A stretch of 64,000 nt of DNA. Source: Eledone cirrhosa. Lineage: Eukaryota. Position 1 is the first letter of the stretch; the number at the start of each line of letters is the position of its first letter. Below are positions 13,001 to 22,935 of this stretch, one piece after another. Both the position numbers and the translations under genes were made by a program. Location of the stretch: NCBI GenBank assembly GCA_964016885.1, contig OZ024741.1, forward strand, positions 108,500,001-108,564,000. The letters run 5' to 3'. The notes under the pieces were generated by a model. That model ran no database searches and was not told the DNA's origin. It saw only the letters and a program-made list of their open reading frames with translations.

Positions 13001-13501
13001 CAGGTACTTGAGGCTTTTGCACCCCCCGCTCCTATCAGATACTCCCACACAATCCCAGCGTGCTTCTAAGATGCCATTCCAATCCCCTATTAACAGTAAA
13101 GGGCGAGACGTAAGCAGAAAGTTTTCCAGGCGCCTAAAGAAGTCCGGCCGACCGGCCCCAGTAGGGGCGTAGACGGCCACCAGTCTAAAGGCACCACCTT
13201 CGCTATTGCTCACGTCCAGGACCACCAACTTTCCGTCAGGATCCCGGAAGATTGACCTTACCTCGAGATCCAGACATTTCCTAAACAGCACAGCCACTCC
13301 ACCTCCCATTCCCGGCCGACTAACAGATGCAAAGATCTGATAATCGTCGAAAATCGGCGCCAGTGCGCGTGTGTCGGAAATTCTGGTCTCGCTGATGGCA
13401 ATTACATCCATTCCTAGTGACCTGAGGTCGTTGAGCAAGTGACCTTGCTTCCAGGGCGACCCCAGGCCACGAACATTTAAACTTCCTACTCTTATGGCCA
13501 T
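10082..13501 (-). CDS. Tx1 ORF2: AP endonuclease + reverse transcriptase + C-terminal CCHC zinc finger (motif-A Asp mutated to Asn)
   Basis: EN motifs SLNVRGL, ISET, VYAP, GDWN, IDRI, SDH; RT motifs SPGLDG, FRPITLLN, LNQSKAFD, RQGCPLS, YADD; CPRC..ETVLHALVQC. Confidence 0.95.
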   Translation of the reverse strand: MAIRVGSLNVRGLGSPWKQGHLLNDLRSLGMDVIAISETRISDTRALAPIFDDYQIFASVSRPGMGGGVAVLFRKCLDLEVRSIFRDPDGKLVVLDVSNSEGGAFRLVAVYAPTGAGRPDFFRRLENFLLTSRPLLLIGDWNGILEARWDCVGVSDRSGGCKSLKYLISQFQLSDRYRLDFPNAPVWTWTNRIGSSRSYIDRIFIRKRDRNSVGCPHFKTVAYSDHKLVICMVDLDKTRRLGPSYWKLNMSFPARKAYRDRVNNLVKQKLTGGVVNNRWWGALKREIRATSIGFSKEVAIEKNRKEEGLIAKLDEAICSGIATDVLAARMALDHFFNAKHEGCIVRAKARALRNEGSKAARWARFAETQRGNKTTIRSLTDRDGHELSDSKQMCEAFRQHFARLFGRMGESETAADFSPYLDGLPRLSTADAERCEEPITSAEIQDALVGCSSRKSPGLDGLPYELYVNMPDLFSDLLEALYCNWQQNGSIPSSVSRGVVTLIRKDENKRDTLDNFRPITLLNTEFKILAKVLAKRLALVVKDLVGEAQTCAIPTRSIHDNLHLMRYIIERVGCKPGFGGALINLNQSKAFDRVDHRYLEAVLEAAGFGPVFRSWIAAMYSGIRSVVKVNGHLSEPFQISRSVRQGCPLSSLLYVLTLEPLLRKLELLQGIPLEPGRRKAASAYADDITVMVSDTSEIEVIRTHLEEYERLTGAKLNPEKSVGLQLGTWRGKSMPSNSVVGRWTDGPVKLLGVWFGPDLQVDKNWDEVTSRIANLTQKWAERKLSLKGRAELANAYIASVIYYRLTVVPCPRPRLANLERLLFKFLWRGRVPLVRRSICCQHPLRGGLGMPWLMMRRHALRLRHLQIFCLNGEQVWSPFVRRAFPQLISLTELQSWVKKRPRLGDWHLECCQALTALCKVGNAVSGTSTQDFYRGLVEGKCDDVLGEALGVNEVELTSMFRRTFEPGTMDNFHKSLAWQCYRGALPVRDKLYRHGSAVRRTCPRCAQSDETVLHALVQCPCIADLWGYVEQLLSRVERIRLSSESIVKIDPPPSFGQEGQAIFLCLVAVAKEVAWWTRLKGLKTDTFLFGQSLINFFKFHLERKVRVEREVLPPSTFTERWVNVARMARVSGPTLIMRL

Positions 13502-13530
13502 GCTGGCAGGATGAATGGGAGAGGAAAGGT

Positions 13531-15441
13531 TTACTTACCTTCCGGGGTCTTGTGAAGGTCGGGTGGTTCGACCTCCATGGTTTGTGGGGTTTCTTTTGGG
13601 AACCCCTTTAATAGTCTTGACGTGGGTTTTACGTTCGGGGTTCCCACATCCCGAGGAAAGCTCTTTCGAATTTCTTTGTATGAAGCGAGCGACATTCGCA
13701 TCAGAAGCAAATTATCTGGTACGCGAAATGTGCTCGCTTCAAATGTTTCCCCGTCTTTTTCGATGTTTGTGCTTCGTGCTACATGGGCCATCAATTCCTT
13801 GTTGGCCCTTCTGGCAAGCACGAAGTTTTTAATGTTTTGTTGCTCGGGTTTTATTTGTTCGTGTGATTGTGGTGGTGATAGCTTTGTTAGTGTTGTTTCT
13901 ATTGTGTCTGCGTTTGTTGTGGGTGGGGTGTCTGTAGTTTCTGATGTTTGTGTGTCTATTTGTTCTTGTGTCTGTTTAGCTTGTTTGCGTTTGGGGGATT
14001 TTGGTGGTTGTGTTGGTGATGCTGTGGGGAAAATGTTTGTGTGGGTGATGTGTGTATTTTTTTTTGTGGGGGTGTCTGTGCTTTGTGGATTTCTTTTTTT
14101 TTTGTGTTTTGTTTTTTGTATTTTGGGGGACTTTGGTTTTCCCTCATCTTCACTGCTGGAGGATGAGGGGTCTGTGGCTGTGAGCGTGTTTGTGTCTGAG
14201 TGAGTGTTTATGTTCTTGTTCGTGTGTGTATTTTGGGGGGGAGGGGGAATGGGAGAGCTTTCCTCGTTTCCCCCCTGGGTGTGCAATTTTGGTGGTTCCA
14301 TTGTTGACGGTGTTGCTGGTGGTCCTTGTCCCGGCGTCGCCAGCAGTGGAATCTTTCGACCCCTTGCGCTTTTCGGCAGTTGAGGGCAGAAGGCTCGCAA
14401 GTGTGTCGTTTCCCCACAAAGGAAACAATGCGGCCTTTTGCCCTCAGTCATTATATGCAACACCCTCCCGTTTTGGAGGCGGATGTGGTCCGGGATTGCT
14501 TTTACGTTTTCGGGTCTGATTTGGAGCAGTATCTCCAGATCAACCCCGGACCAGTCGTCCCTGGCAGTTCTCGTTGCCTCTACCGGGACTGTATCCGTTC
14601 CTTCCACGATTACGCAACCCAGGAGCCACCACATATCAAGTCCTGGTGGAATCCTGGGAATGCGCACACGTGCTATTCGTTTTCCCATGTGGGAGGGGTA
14701 CATTATAACCTTGCTGGTTTTGCAAGGGGTCATTGAATGCTTCACAGCGAGGGCTTCAGACTTGAACAGCACCGAAACGGTGCCGTATTGCCTGCCCCTC
14801 TCTATGAAGTCTGTGTCCTCTCTGATGTATTTCAGTGCGGCTTCTATGTCAGCTTGGGCGATTATCGCTGCCCTCTTTGTCTCTACTGAGATGCATCTGA
14901 AATGCACCGTTCTTTTTTCCACTGCCTCAATGGCTTCTGCCGGGACAGTTAAGTTTGCCCAGGTCTGCTCTTGATTTATGATTTTCCAGGCCTGGGCCAA
15001 CTTTTCCTCTCTGTTGGTTAAGTCGATGCTGTAGCATGGTCTCCTTTTAGCCGCTGCCACAGCAGCGAAGGTGTTCTTGTTGGTGTTGTCACTGTTGTTG
15101 TTCTTGTTGGTGTTGCTGCTGCTATTGCTGTTGTTGTTCTCCCCTGTGTCGTGGTTACCCTCTGTGTTGTTGGCCTTGTTGGTGCTGTTGCTGTCGCTAC
15201 TATTACTCTCTGTGCTGTTCGTTTTGTTGGTGCTCTCGCTATTACCACCTTCTGCGCTGTTCGGCTTGTTGGTGTTGGTGTTGTCGCTGTTACCACCTTC
15301 CGCGCCGCTCGGCCCGTTGGTGCTGGCACTGTCGCTGCTCACATTCGTGCTGGTGGCGCTCCTCACCTCACCTCTCCTCTCAACGCTCAAGTCGCCGTTG
15401 CACGACAGCAGACCCGCCTCTAGGGGGCGTGGCTCCGCCAT
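13531..15441 (-). CDS. Tx1 ORF1 gag-like protein (636 aa) with CCHC zinc knuckle
   Basis: Likely start AAACATGG (MAEPRP); N/S/T-rich N-terminus, TFAAVAAA motif, CFLCGETTHLRAFC knuckle; stops 29 nt before the ORF2 ATG. Confidence 0.9.
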   Translation of the reverse strand: MAEPRPLEAGLLSCNGDLSVERRGEVRSATSTNVSSDSASTNGPSGAEGGNSDNTNTNKPNSAEGGNSESTNKTNSTESNSSDSNSTNKANNTEGNHDTGENNNSNSSSNTNKNNNSDNTNKNTFAAVAAAKRRPCYSIDLTNREEKLAQAWKIINQEQTWANLTVPAEAIEAVEKRTVHFRCISVETKRAAIIAQADIEAALKYIREDTDFIERGRQYGTVSVLFKSEALAVKHSMTPCKTSKVIMYPSHMGKRIARVRIPRIPPGLDMWWLLGCVIVEGTDTVPVEATRTARDDWSGVDLEILLQIRPENVKAIPDHIRLQNGRVLHIMTEGKRPHCFLCGETTHLRAFCPQLPKSARGRKIPLLATPGQGPPATPSTMEPPKLHTQGGNEESSPIPPPPQNTHTNKNINTHSDTNTLTATDPSSSSSEDEGKPKSPKIQKTKHKKKRNPQSTDTPTKKNTHITHTNIFPTASPTQPPKSPKRKQAKQTQEQIDTQTSETTDTPPTTNADTIETTLTKLSPPQSHEQIKPEQQNIKNFVLARRANKELMAHVARSTNIEKDGETFEASTFRVPDNLLLMRMSLASYKEIRKSFPRDVGTPNVKPTSRLLKGFPKETPQTMEVEPPDLHKTPEGK

Positions 15442-15979
15442 GTTTTTTTGAGAAAAAAAGTTTTTTTTTTTCAAAATAAAGTTCAAATATTTGGGCCAAA
15501 AGGCCCAAATATTATGAGTTATTCCTTCACAGGATACAAATTAATGTCTTATAATGCTTCAGCGGTACAAAAAATAAACAATTCTCTACAATTAATCCTC
15601 AAAAATTGCTTACTCACGGAGCTTCAAAAAACGTACATCCACTTTCGTCAATAATAATAATAATAATGATTTCATTTATTGGCCACAAGGGCCGACATAT
15701 AGGGGACAACACAATAGACAGGGACAGTGGGGGTTTACATAGAGATCGAGTAAGTATAAATAACAAAAAAACAAAAACAAAATAACAATAAAAATACACC
15801 AATGAAAGTTCCCCAATAAGAGGGATCACCACCCAGGGTTGACTCAAGCACCCCACCAGTCCTGAGCCACCCGACGCTCCTAGGGCACCCGGGAAGGGCA
15901 CCCCTCTCCTTCTCGAATTCACCAGCCTACAGGCGCATGATCAGAGTAGGCCCACTCACGCGGGCCATTCTCGCCACAT

Positions 15980-18900
15980 TCACCCACCTTTCAGTAAATG
16001 TACTGGGGGCAGCACTTCTCTCTCCACCCTCACCTTCCTTTCCAAGTGAAACTTGAAGAAGTTGATGAGGGATTGGCCGAAGAGAAAAGTGTCTGTCTTC
16101 AGTCCTTTCAACCTGGTCCACCATGCAACCTCTTTCGCTACTGCCACCAGGCAGAGGAAAATTGCCTGCCCTTCCTGACCAAAAGAAGGCGGCGGGTCAA
16201 TCTTCACTATGGACTCGGACGATAGCCGGATCCGTTCTACACGCGACAATAGCTGTTCGACATAACCCCACAAGTCAGCAATGCACGGACACTGGACGAG
16301 TGCGTGCAGAACGGTTTCGTCGCTCTGCGCGCATCTCGGGCAGGTTCGTCTGACAGCACTTCCGTGCCTGTAGAGTTTATCCCGAACCGGCAGCGCCCCC
16401 CGGTAGCACTGCCAAGCGAGGGATTTCTGGAAGTTATCCATCGTCCCCGGCTCGAAAGTCCTCCGGAACATACTGGTCAGTTCTACTTCGTTGACGCCCA
16501 GAGCCTCTCCTAGTACGTCATCGCACTTGCCCTCCACTAATCCTCTATAGAAATCTTGAGTGGAAGTTCCACTGACCGCATTGCCCACCTTGCAGAGTGC
16601 AGTGAGCGCCTGGCAACATTCCAGATGCCAGTCGCCCAGTCTCGGTCTCTTCTTGACCCAGGACTGCAGCTCAGTCAAAGAGATGAGCTGCGGAAAGGCC
16701 CGTCTAACAAACGGCGACCACACCTGTTCACCGTTTAGGCAAAATATCTGGAGATGTCGCAGCCTCAGCGCATGTCTGCGCATCATTAGCCACGGCATGC
16801 CCAGCCCTCCACGAAGAGGGTGCTGGCAGCAGATGGACCGCCTCACCAACGGGACCCGTCCCCTCCACAAAAATTTGAAAAGGAGCCGTTCCAAATTGGC
16901 GAGGCGTGGACGGGGGCAAGGCACGACGGTCAGGCGGTAGTAGATGACGGACGCGATGTACGCGTTCGCCACCTCCGCCCGCCCTTTCAGTGATAGCTTT
17001 CTCTCAGCCCATTTCTGGGTGAGGTTGGCTATCCTGCTCGTCACCTCGTCCCAATTCTTATCCACCTGGAGGTCTGGTCCGAACCAAACCCCGAGCAACT
17101 TTACCGGTCCGTCTGTCCAGCGCCCAACGACGCTGTTGGACGGCATGGACTTGCCTCTCCAGGTGCCGAGCTGCAAGCCCACCGACTTTTCCGGGTTAAG
17201 TTTTGCTCCCGTCAACCTTTCATATTCCTCCAAATGGGTGCGGATCACCTCGATTTCCGAGGTGTCCGACACCATCACGGTGATGTCGTCCGCATAAGCG
17301 GACGCAGCCTTTCTACGTCCCGGTTCGAGCGGGATGCCCTGCAACAACTCCAGCTTCCGCAGTAGAGGCTCAAGAGTCAATACGTACAGAAGTGAGGAGA
17401 GAGGGCACCCTTGACGGACCGATCGAGAGATCTGAAACGGTTCCGAGAGGTGGCCATTAACTTTGACCACCGAGCGGATGCCGCTGTACATTGCAGCGAT
17501 CCAGCTTCTGAAGACGGGGCCGAAGCCAGCCGCCTCGAGGACAGCCTCCAAGTACCGATGGTCGACCCTATCGAATGCTTTCGATTGATCTAAATTGATC
17601 AGAGCCCCACCGAAGCCAGGTTTGCACCCAACCCTCTCTATGATGTATCGCATGAGGTGGAGGTTGTCGTGTATGGACCTGGTCGGGATTGCGCAAGTTT
17701 GCGCCTCCCCAACCAAATCTTTGACGACAAGCGCCAACCTTTTCGCTAACACCTTGGCCAAAATCTTAAACTCTGTGTTGAGCAGGGTTATGGGCCTGAA
17801 ATTATCTAGTGTGTCCCTCTTGTTCTCGTCTTTCCTTATCAGCGTCACTACGCCACGGCTCACAGAACTGGGAATGCTCCCGTTCTGCTGCCAGTTGCAG
17901 TAGAGCGCTTCGAGGAGATCGGAGAACAAGTCTGGCATATTTACGTAAAGCTCGTAGGGCAGACCATCCAAACCGGGTGACTTGCGACTCGAGCAGCCGA
18001 CAAGGGCGTCCTGAATTTCGGCTGATGTTATCGGCTCTTCGCAGCGCTCAGCGTCGGCCGTCGAGAGGCGTGGCAAGCCGTCGAGGTAGGGACTGAAGTC
18101 CGCCGCCATCTCCGACTCACCCATCCTCCCGAACAATCGAGCAAAGTGCTGGCGAAAGGCCTCACACATCTGCTTGGAATCGCTCAGTTCGTGTCCATCT
18201 CGATCCGTCAAAGACCGAATTGTGGTTTTATTTCCACGCTGCGTCTCTGCAAAGCGAGCCCATCGGGCAGCTTTGGTTCCCTCGTTCCTCAGAGCACGCG
18301 CCTTAGCTCTGACAATGCAACCTTCGTGTTTCGCATTGAAGAAATGGTCTAGTGCCATTCTCGCCGCTAGCACGTCTGTTGCAATGCCACTACAAATAGC
18401 CTCGTCTAACTTAGCTATCAGCCCCTCCTCTTTTCTATTTTTCTCTATTGCTACTTCTTTGCTAAATCCTATCGAGGTTGCTCTAATCTCTCTTTTGAGT
18501 GCCCCCCACCACCTGTTGTTGACAACCCCCCCTGTCAACTTTTGCTTAACTAAGTTGTTGACCCGGTCCCTGTAAGCTTTACGTGCCGGAAACGATATGT
18601 TTAGCTTCCAGTAGCTAGGTCCTAACCTACGTGTCTTATCTAGGTCGACCATACAGATCACAAGCTTGTGATCTGAATAGGCAACCGTTTTAAAATGTGG
18701 ACATCCTACACTATTTCTATCTCTTTTCCTAATGAAAATCCTATCTATGTACGATCTAGATGACCCTATGCGATTGGTCCAGGTCCATACTGGCGCATTA
18801 GGGAAATCTAGTCGGTACCTGTCAGACAGTTGAAACTGGCTGATCAGGTACTTGAGGCTTTTGCACCCCCCGCTCCTATCAGATACTCCCACACAATCCC

Positions 18901-19345
18901 AGCGTGCTTCTAAGATGCCATTCCAATCCCCTATTAACAGTAAAGGGCGAGACGTAAGCAGAAAGTTTTCCAGGCGCCTAAAGAAGTCCGGCCGACCGGC
19001 CCCAGTAGGGGCGTAGACGGCCACCAGTCTAAAGGCACCACCTTCGCTATTGCTCACGTCCAGGACCACCAACTTTCCGTCAGGATCCCGGAAGATTGAC
19101 CTTACCTCGAGATCCAGACATTTCCTAAACAGCACAGCCACTCCACCTCCCATTCCCGGCCGACTAACAGATGCAAAGATCTGATAATCGTCGAAAATCG
19201 GCGCCAGTGCGCGTGTGTCGGAAATTCTGGTCTCGCTGATGGCAATTACATCCATTCCTAGTGACCTGAGGTCGTTGAGCAAGTGACCTTGCTTCCAGGG
19301 CGACCCCAGGCCACGAACATTTAAACTTCCTACTCTTATGGCCAT
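15980..19345 (-). CDS. Tx1 ORF2 (EN+RT+CCHC) with intact catalytic motifs and a -1 frameshift near the C-terminus
   Basis: LDQSKAFD and YADD intact; G5 at 16005-16009 versus G6 at 10160-10165 replaces the native C-terminal tail, which continues in another frame to 15927. Confidence 0.93.
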   Translation of the reverse strand: MAIRVGSLNVRGLGSPWKQGHLLNDLRSLGMDVIAISETRISDTRALAPIFDDYQIFASVSRPGMGGGVAVLFRKCLDLEVRSIFRDPDGKLVVLDVSNSEGGAFRLVAVYAPTGAGRPDFFRRLENFLLTSRPLLLIGDWNGILEARWDCVGVSDRSGGCKSLKYLISQFQLSDRYRLDFPNAPVWTWTNRIGSSRSYIDRIFIRKRDRNSVGCPHFKTVAYSDHKLVICMVDLDKTRRLGPSYWKLNISFPARKAYRDRVNNLVKQKLTGGVVNNRWWGALKREIRATSIGFSKEVAIEKNRKEEGLIAKLDEAICSGIATDVLAARMALDHFFNAKHEGCIVRAKARALRNEGTKAARWARFAETQRGNKTTIRSLTDRDGHELSDSKQMCEAFRQHFARLFGRMGESEMAADFSPYLDGLPRLSTADAERCEEPITSAEIQDALVGCSSRKSPGLDGLPYELYVNMPDLFSDLLEALYCNWQQNGSIPSSVSRGVVTLIRKDENKRDTLDNFRPITLLNTEFKILAKVLAKRLALVVKDLVGEAQTCAIPTRSIHDNLHLMRYIIERVGCKPGFGGALINLDQSKAFDRVDHRYLEAVLEAAGFGPVFRSWIAAMYSGIRSVVKVNGHLSEPFQISRSVRQGCPLSSLLYVLTLEPLLRKLELLQGIPLEPGRRKAASAYADDITVMVSDTSEIEVIRTHLEEYERLTGAKLNPEKSVGLQLGTWRGKSMPSNSVVGRWTDGPVKLLGVWFGPDLQVDKNWDEVTSRIANLTQKWAERKLSLKGRAEVANAYIASVIYYRLTVVPCPRPRLANLERLLFKFLWRGRVPLVRRSICCQHPLRGGLGMPWLMMRRHALRLRHLQIFCLNGEQVWSPFVRRAFPQLISLTELQSWVKKRPRLGDWHLECCQALTALCKVGNAVSGTSTQDFYRGLVEGKCDDVLGEALGVNEVELTSMFRRTFEPGTMDNFQKSLAWQCYRGALPVRDKLYRHGSAVRRTCPRCAQSDETVLHALVQCPCIADLWGYVEQLLSRVERIRLSSESIVKIDPPPSFGQEGQAIFLCLVAVAKEVAWWTRLKGLKTDTFLFGQSLINFFKFHLERKVRVEREVLPPVHLLKGG

Positions 19346-19374
19346 GCTGGCAGGATGAATGGGAGAGGAAAGGT

Positions 19375-21285
19375 TTACTTACCTTCCGGGGTCTTGTGAA
19401 GGTCGGGTGGTTCGACCTCCATGGTTTGTGGGGTTTCTTTTGGGAACCCCTTTAATAGTCTTGACGTGGGTTTTACGTTCGGGGTTCCCACATCCCGAGG
19501 AAAGCTCTTTCGAATTTCTTTGTATGAAGCGAGCGACATTCGCATCAGAAGCAAATTATCTGGTACGCGAAATGTGCTCGCTTCAAATGTTTCCCCGTCT
19601 TTTTCGATGTTTGTGCTTCGTGCTACATGGGCCATCAATTCCTTGTTGGCCCTTCTGGCAAGCACGAAGTTTTTAATGTTTTGTTGCTCGGGTTTTATTT
19701 GTTCGTGTGATTGTGGTGGTGATAGCTTTGTTAGTGTTGTTTCTATTGTGTCTGCGTTTGTTGTGGGTGGGGTGTCTGTAGTTTCTGATGTTTGTGTGTC
19801 TATTTGTTCTTGTGTCTGTTTAGCTTGTTTGCGTTTGGGGGATTTTGGTGGTTGTGTTGGTGATGCTGTGGGGAAAATGTTTGTGTGGGTGATGTGTGTA
19901 TTTTTTTTTGTGGGGGTGTCTGTGCTTTGTGGATTTCTTTTTTTTTTGTGTTTTGTTTTTTGTATTTTGGGGGACTTTGGTTTTCCCTCATCTTCACTGC
20001 TGGAGGATGAGGGGTCTGTGGCTGTGAGCGTGTTTGTGTCTGAGTGAGTGTTTATGTTCTTGTTCGTGTGTGTATTTTGGGGGGGAGGGGGAATGGGAGA
20101 GCTTTCCTCGTTTCCCCCCTGGGTGTGCAATTTTGGTGGTTCCATTGTTGACGGTGTTGCTGGTGGTCCTTGTCCCGGCGTCGCCAGCAGTGGAATCTTT
20201 CGACCCCTTGCGCTTTTCGGCAGTTGAGGGCAGAAGGCTCGCAAGTGTGTCGTTTCCCCACAAAGGAAACAATGCGGCCTTTTGCCCTCAGTCATTATAT
20301 GCAACACCCTCCCGTTTTGGAGGCGGATGTGGTCCGGGATTGCTTTTACGTTTTCGGGTCTGATTTGGAGCAGTATCTCCAGATCAACCCCGGACCAGTC
20401 GTCCCTGGCAGTTCTCGTTGCCTCTACCGGGACTGTATCCGTTCCTTCCACGATTACGCAACCCAGGAGCCACCACATATCAAGTCCTGGTGGAATCCTG
20501 GGAATGCGCACACGTGCTATTCGTTTTCCCATGTGGGAGGGGTACATTATAACCTTGCTGGTTTTGCAAGGGGTCATTGAATGCTTCACAGCGAGGGCTT
20601 CAGACTTGAACAGCACCGAAACGGTGCCGTATTGCCTGCCCCTCTCTATGAAGTCTGTGTCCTCTCTGATGTATTTCAGTGCGGCTTCTATGTCAGCTTG
20701 GGCGATTATCGCTGCCCTCTTTGTCTCTACTGAGATGCATCTGAAATGCACCGTTCTTTTTTCCACTGCCTCAATGGCTTCTGCCGGGACAGTTAAGTTT
20801 GCCCAGGTCTGCTCTTGATTTATGATTTTCCAGGCCTGGGCCAACTTTTCCTCTCTGTTGGTTAAGTCGATGCTGTAGCATGGTCTCCTTTTAGCCGCTG
20901 CCACAGCAGCGAAGGTGTTCTTGTTGGTGTTGTCACTGTTGTTGTTCTTGTTGGTGTTGCTGCTGCTATTGCTGTTGTTGTTCTCCCCTGTGTCGTGGTT
21001 ACCCTCTGTGTTGTTGGCCTTGTTGGTGCTGTTGCTGTCGCTACTATTACTCTCTGTGCTGTTCGTTTTGTTGGTGCTCTCGCTATTACCACCTTCTGCG
21101 CTGTTCGGCTTGTTGGTGTTGGTGTTGTCGCTGTTACCACCTTCCGCGCCGCTCGGCCCGTTGGTGCTGGCACTGTCGCTGCTCACATTCGTGCTGGTGG
21201 CGCTCCTCACCTCACCTCTCCTCTCAACGCTCAAGTCGCCGTTGCACGACAGCAGACCCGCCTCTAGGGGGCGTGGCTCCGCCAT
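19375..21285 (-). CDS. Tx1 ORF1 gag-like protein, copy 2
   Basis: Translation identical to copy 1 ORF1. Confidence 0.9.
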   Translation of the reverse strand: MAEPRPLEAGLLSCNGDLSVERRGEVRSATSTNVSSDSASTNGPSGAEGGNSDNTNTNKPNSAEGGNSESTNKTNSTESNSSDSNSTNKANNTEGNHDTGENNNSNSSSNTNKNNNSDNTNKNTFAAVAAAKRRPCYSIDLTNREEKLAQAWKIINQEQTWANLTVPAEAIEAVEKRTVHFRCISVETKRAAIIAQADIEAALKYIREDTDFIERGRQYGTVSVLFKSEALAVKHSMTPCKTSKVIMYPSHMGKRIARVRIPRIPPGLDMWWLLGCVIVEGTDTVPVEATRTARDDWSGVDLEILLQIRPENVKAIPDHIRLQNGRVLHIMTEGKRPHCFLCGETTHLRAFCPQLPKSARGRKIPLLATPGQGPPATPSTMEPPKLHTQGGNEESSPIPPPPQNTHTNKNINTHSDTNTLTATDPSSSSSEDEGKPKSPKIQKTKHKKKRNPQSTDTPTKKNTHITHTNIFPTASPTQPPKSPKRKQAKQTQEQIDTQTSETTDTPPTTNADTIETTLTKLSPPQSHEQIKPEQQNIKNFVLARRANKELMAHVARSTNIEKDGETFEASTFRVPDNLLLMRMSLASYKEIRKSFPRDVGTPNVKPTSRLLKGFPKETPQTMEVEPPDLHKTPEGK

Positions 21286-21511
21286 GTTTTTTTGAGAAAA
21301 AAAGTTTTTTTTTTTCAAAATAAAGTTCAAATATTTGGGCCAAAAGGCCCAAATATTATGAGTTATTCCTTCACAGGATACAAATTAATGTCTTATAATG
21401 CTTCAGCGGTACAAAAAATAAACAATTCTCTACAATTAATCCTCAAAAATTGCTTACTCACGGAGCTTCAAAAAACGTACATCCACTTTCGTCAATAATA
21501 ATAATAATAAT

Positions 21512-21589
21512 ACGACGACCACCACCACCACTACTGCTACTACTTCGACTGCTGCTGCTACTACTACTTCTATTTCTACTGTTGCTACA

Positions 21590-21626
<37 letters not shown>

Positions 21627-21629
21627 TTG

Positions 21630-21673
<44 letters not shown>

Positions 21674-21691
21674 GCCACCAGCACCACCAGC

Positions 21692-21763
<72 letters not shown>

Positions 21764-21810
21764 GTTGCTACTACTTCTACTTCTACGACCGTTGCTGTTA
21801 TTATTACTAC
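21512..21810. repeat. (TAC)n-rich microsatellite, right flank of the Tx1 pair
   Basis: Continues the (TAC)n tract interrupted at 9783-9812. Confidence 0.9.
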
Positions 21811-22039
21811 ATATACTACAGCTACACCCCACAACTATACTCGTCCACGGACACACAGACTTATACAGAACGTTCAATCAAGCTGATGAATCAAGGAAGC
21901 AATATGTGTTACATTCGATCTATTATAAAGACGTTCGATCTTTAGAATTATTACTTAAATAAATGGGATCATTAAATTGGTCGAACTTCTATTCTTGCCA
22001 ATGAGATAGAGATTTAGCATTGAATAGACTTCACCTCAA

Positions 22040-22746
22040 GCTATCCGCCTCCACCTACTCCTACATCATCACCACCATCTCTAATACCTCATCATCATCA
22101 TCATCATTATCATCCTTCTCCCCATCCCCTTCACCCCATCCCCTTCCCCCACTCCTCTTCCTCTGCCTTCACTTCCTCCTGGTCCTACATCATAATCATC
22201 AACATCTACACCACCTCCTCCTCCTCCCCCTCATTCACCTATTCTTCTGCTTCCTCCTCGTTCTCCTCCTCCTCCCCCACTCTTCCCCTTCCTCTTCCCC
22301 CCCTTCTCCTTCTCCCCCTCCTCCTTCACCTCTTCTTCTTCTTCCTCCTTCTCCTCCTCCTCTACCTTCACTTCCACCTGGTCCTACATCCTCCACACCC
22401 TCCCCACCTCACCTTCCTCTTCCTCCTACATCATCAATATCTATATAACTACCGCCTACTCCTCGTCTACGAACACCACATACTCCCCTCCTCCCCCCCC
22501 CTCCTCCACCTTCTCCATTATCAACACCAACATCTCTAATTCCCCCTCCACCTCCAACCCCCTCTTATCCTCCTCTCCTTCGTTCTCCATCATTACCACA
22601 AACATCACTAATTTCCTCTCCATCACCCCACCCGCCCCTTACATCATCAGCACGAATTTCTCTACTTACCCCTCCTCCACCCCATCACCCTACATCATCG
22701 CCACCAACATCTCTACTTCACCCACCACCACCTCCTACTTCTCCTC
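22040..22746. repeat. C/T-rich low-complexity (CCT/CAT) tract
   Basis: Directly visible. Confidence 0.85.
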
Positions 22747-22935
22747 GGAAGATTTATCATATTTACTGAAAATATGAAATCGAAGTCAATATTGAGAACG
22801 TCTGATGATGTTTATTTTTTTCAAATCAGACTTGGCAGATGAAAGACAAGAAAACTTGCCACACTTGGCCAACAATGGGGTCCATTATATAGCTGTCATC
22901 AACTTTAAGTATGGATGGATATACTAGATATAGAT

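Larger units (their letters stand above)
9829..15649 (-). mobile_element. Full-length Tx1-like (L1 clade) non-LTR retrotransposon, copy 1 (5821 bp)
   Basis: 5'UTR, ORF1, ORF2 and 3'UTR with AATAAA then (ATT)5; both ends defined by the duplicate copy. Confidence 0.95.
15668..21493 (-). mobile_element. Full-length Tx1-like retrotransposon, copy 2 (5826 bp)
   Basis: Near-identical to copy 1 at a 5844-bp offset; (AAT)6 at 15650-15667 and 21494-21511. Confidence 0.95.

Noticed and set aside
15442-15486. N-terminal extension of ORF1 in the ORF track
   Set aside because: Starts at TTG in A/T runs; the ATG at 15441 has a good context.
10279-21295. Plus-strand ORFs overlapping Tx1
   Set aside because: Antisense shadows of ORF1/ORF2 with no motifs.
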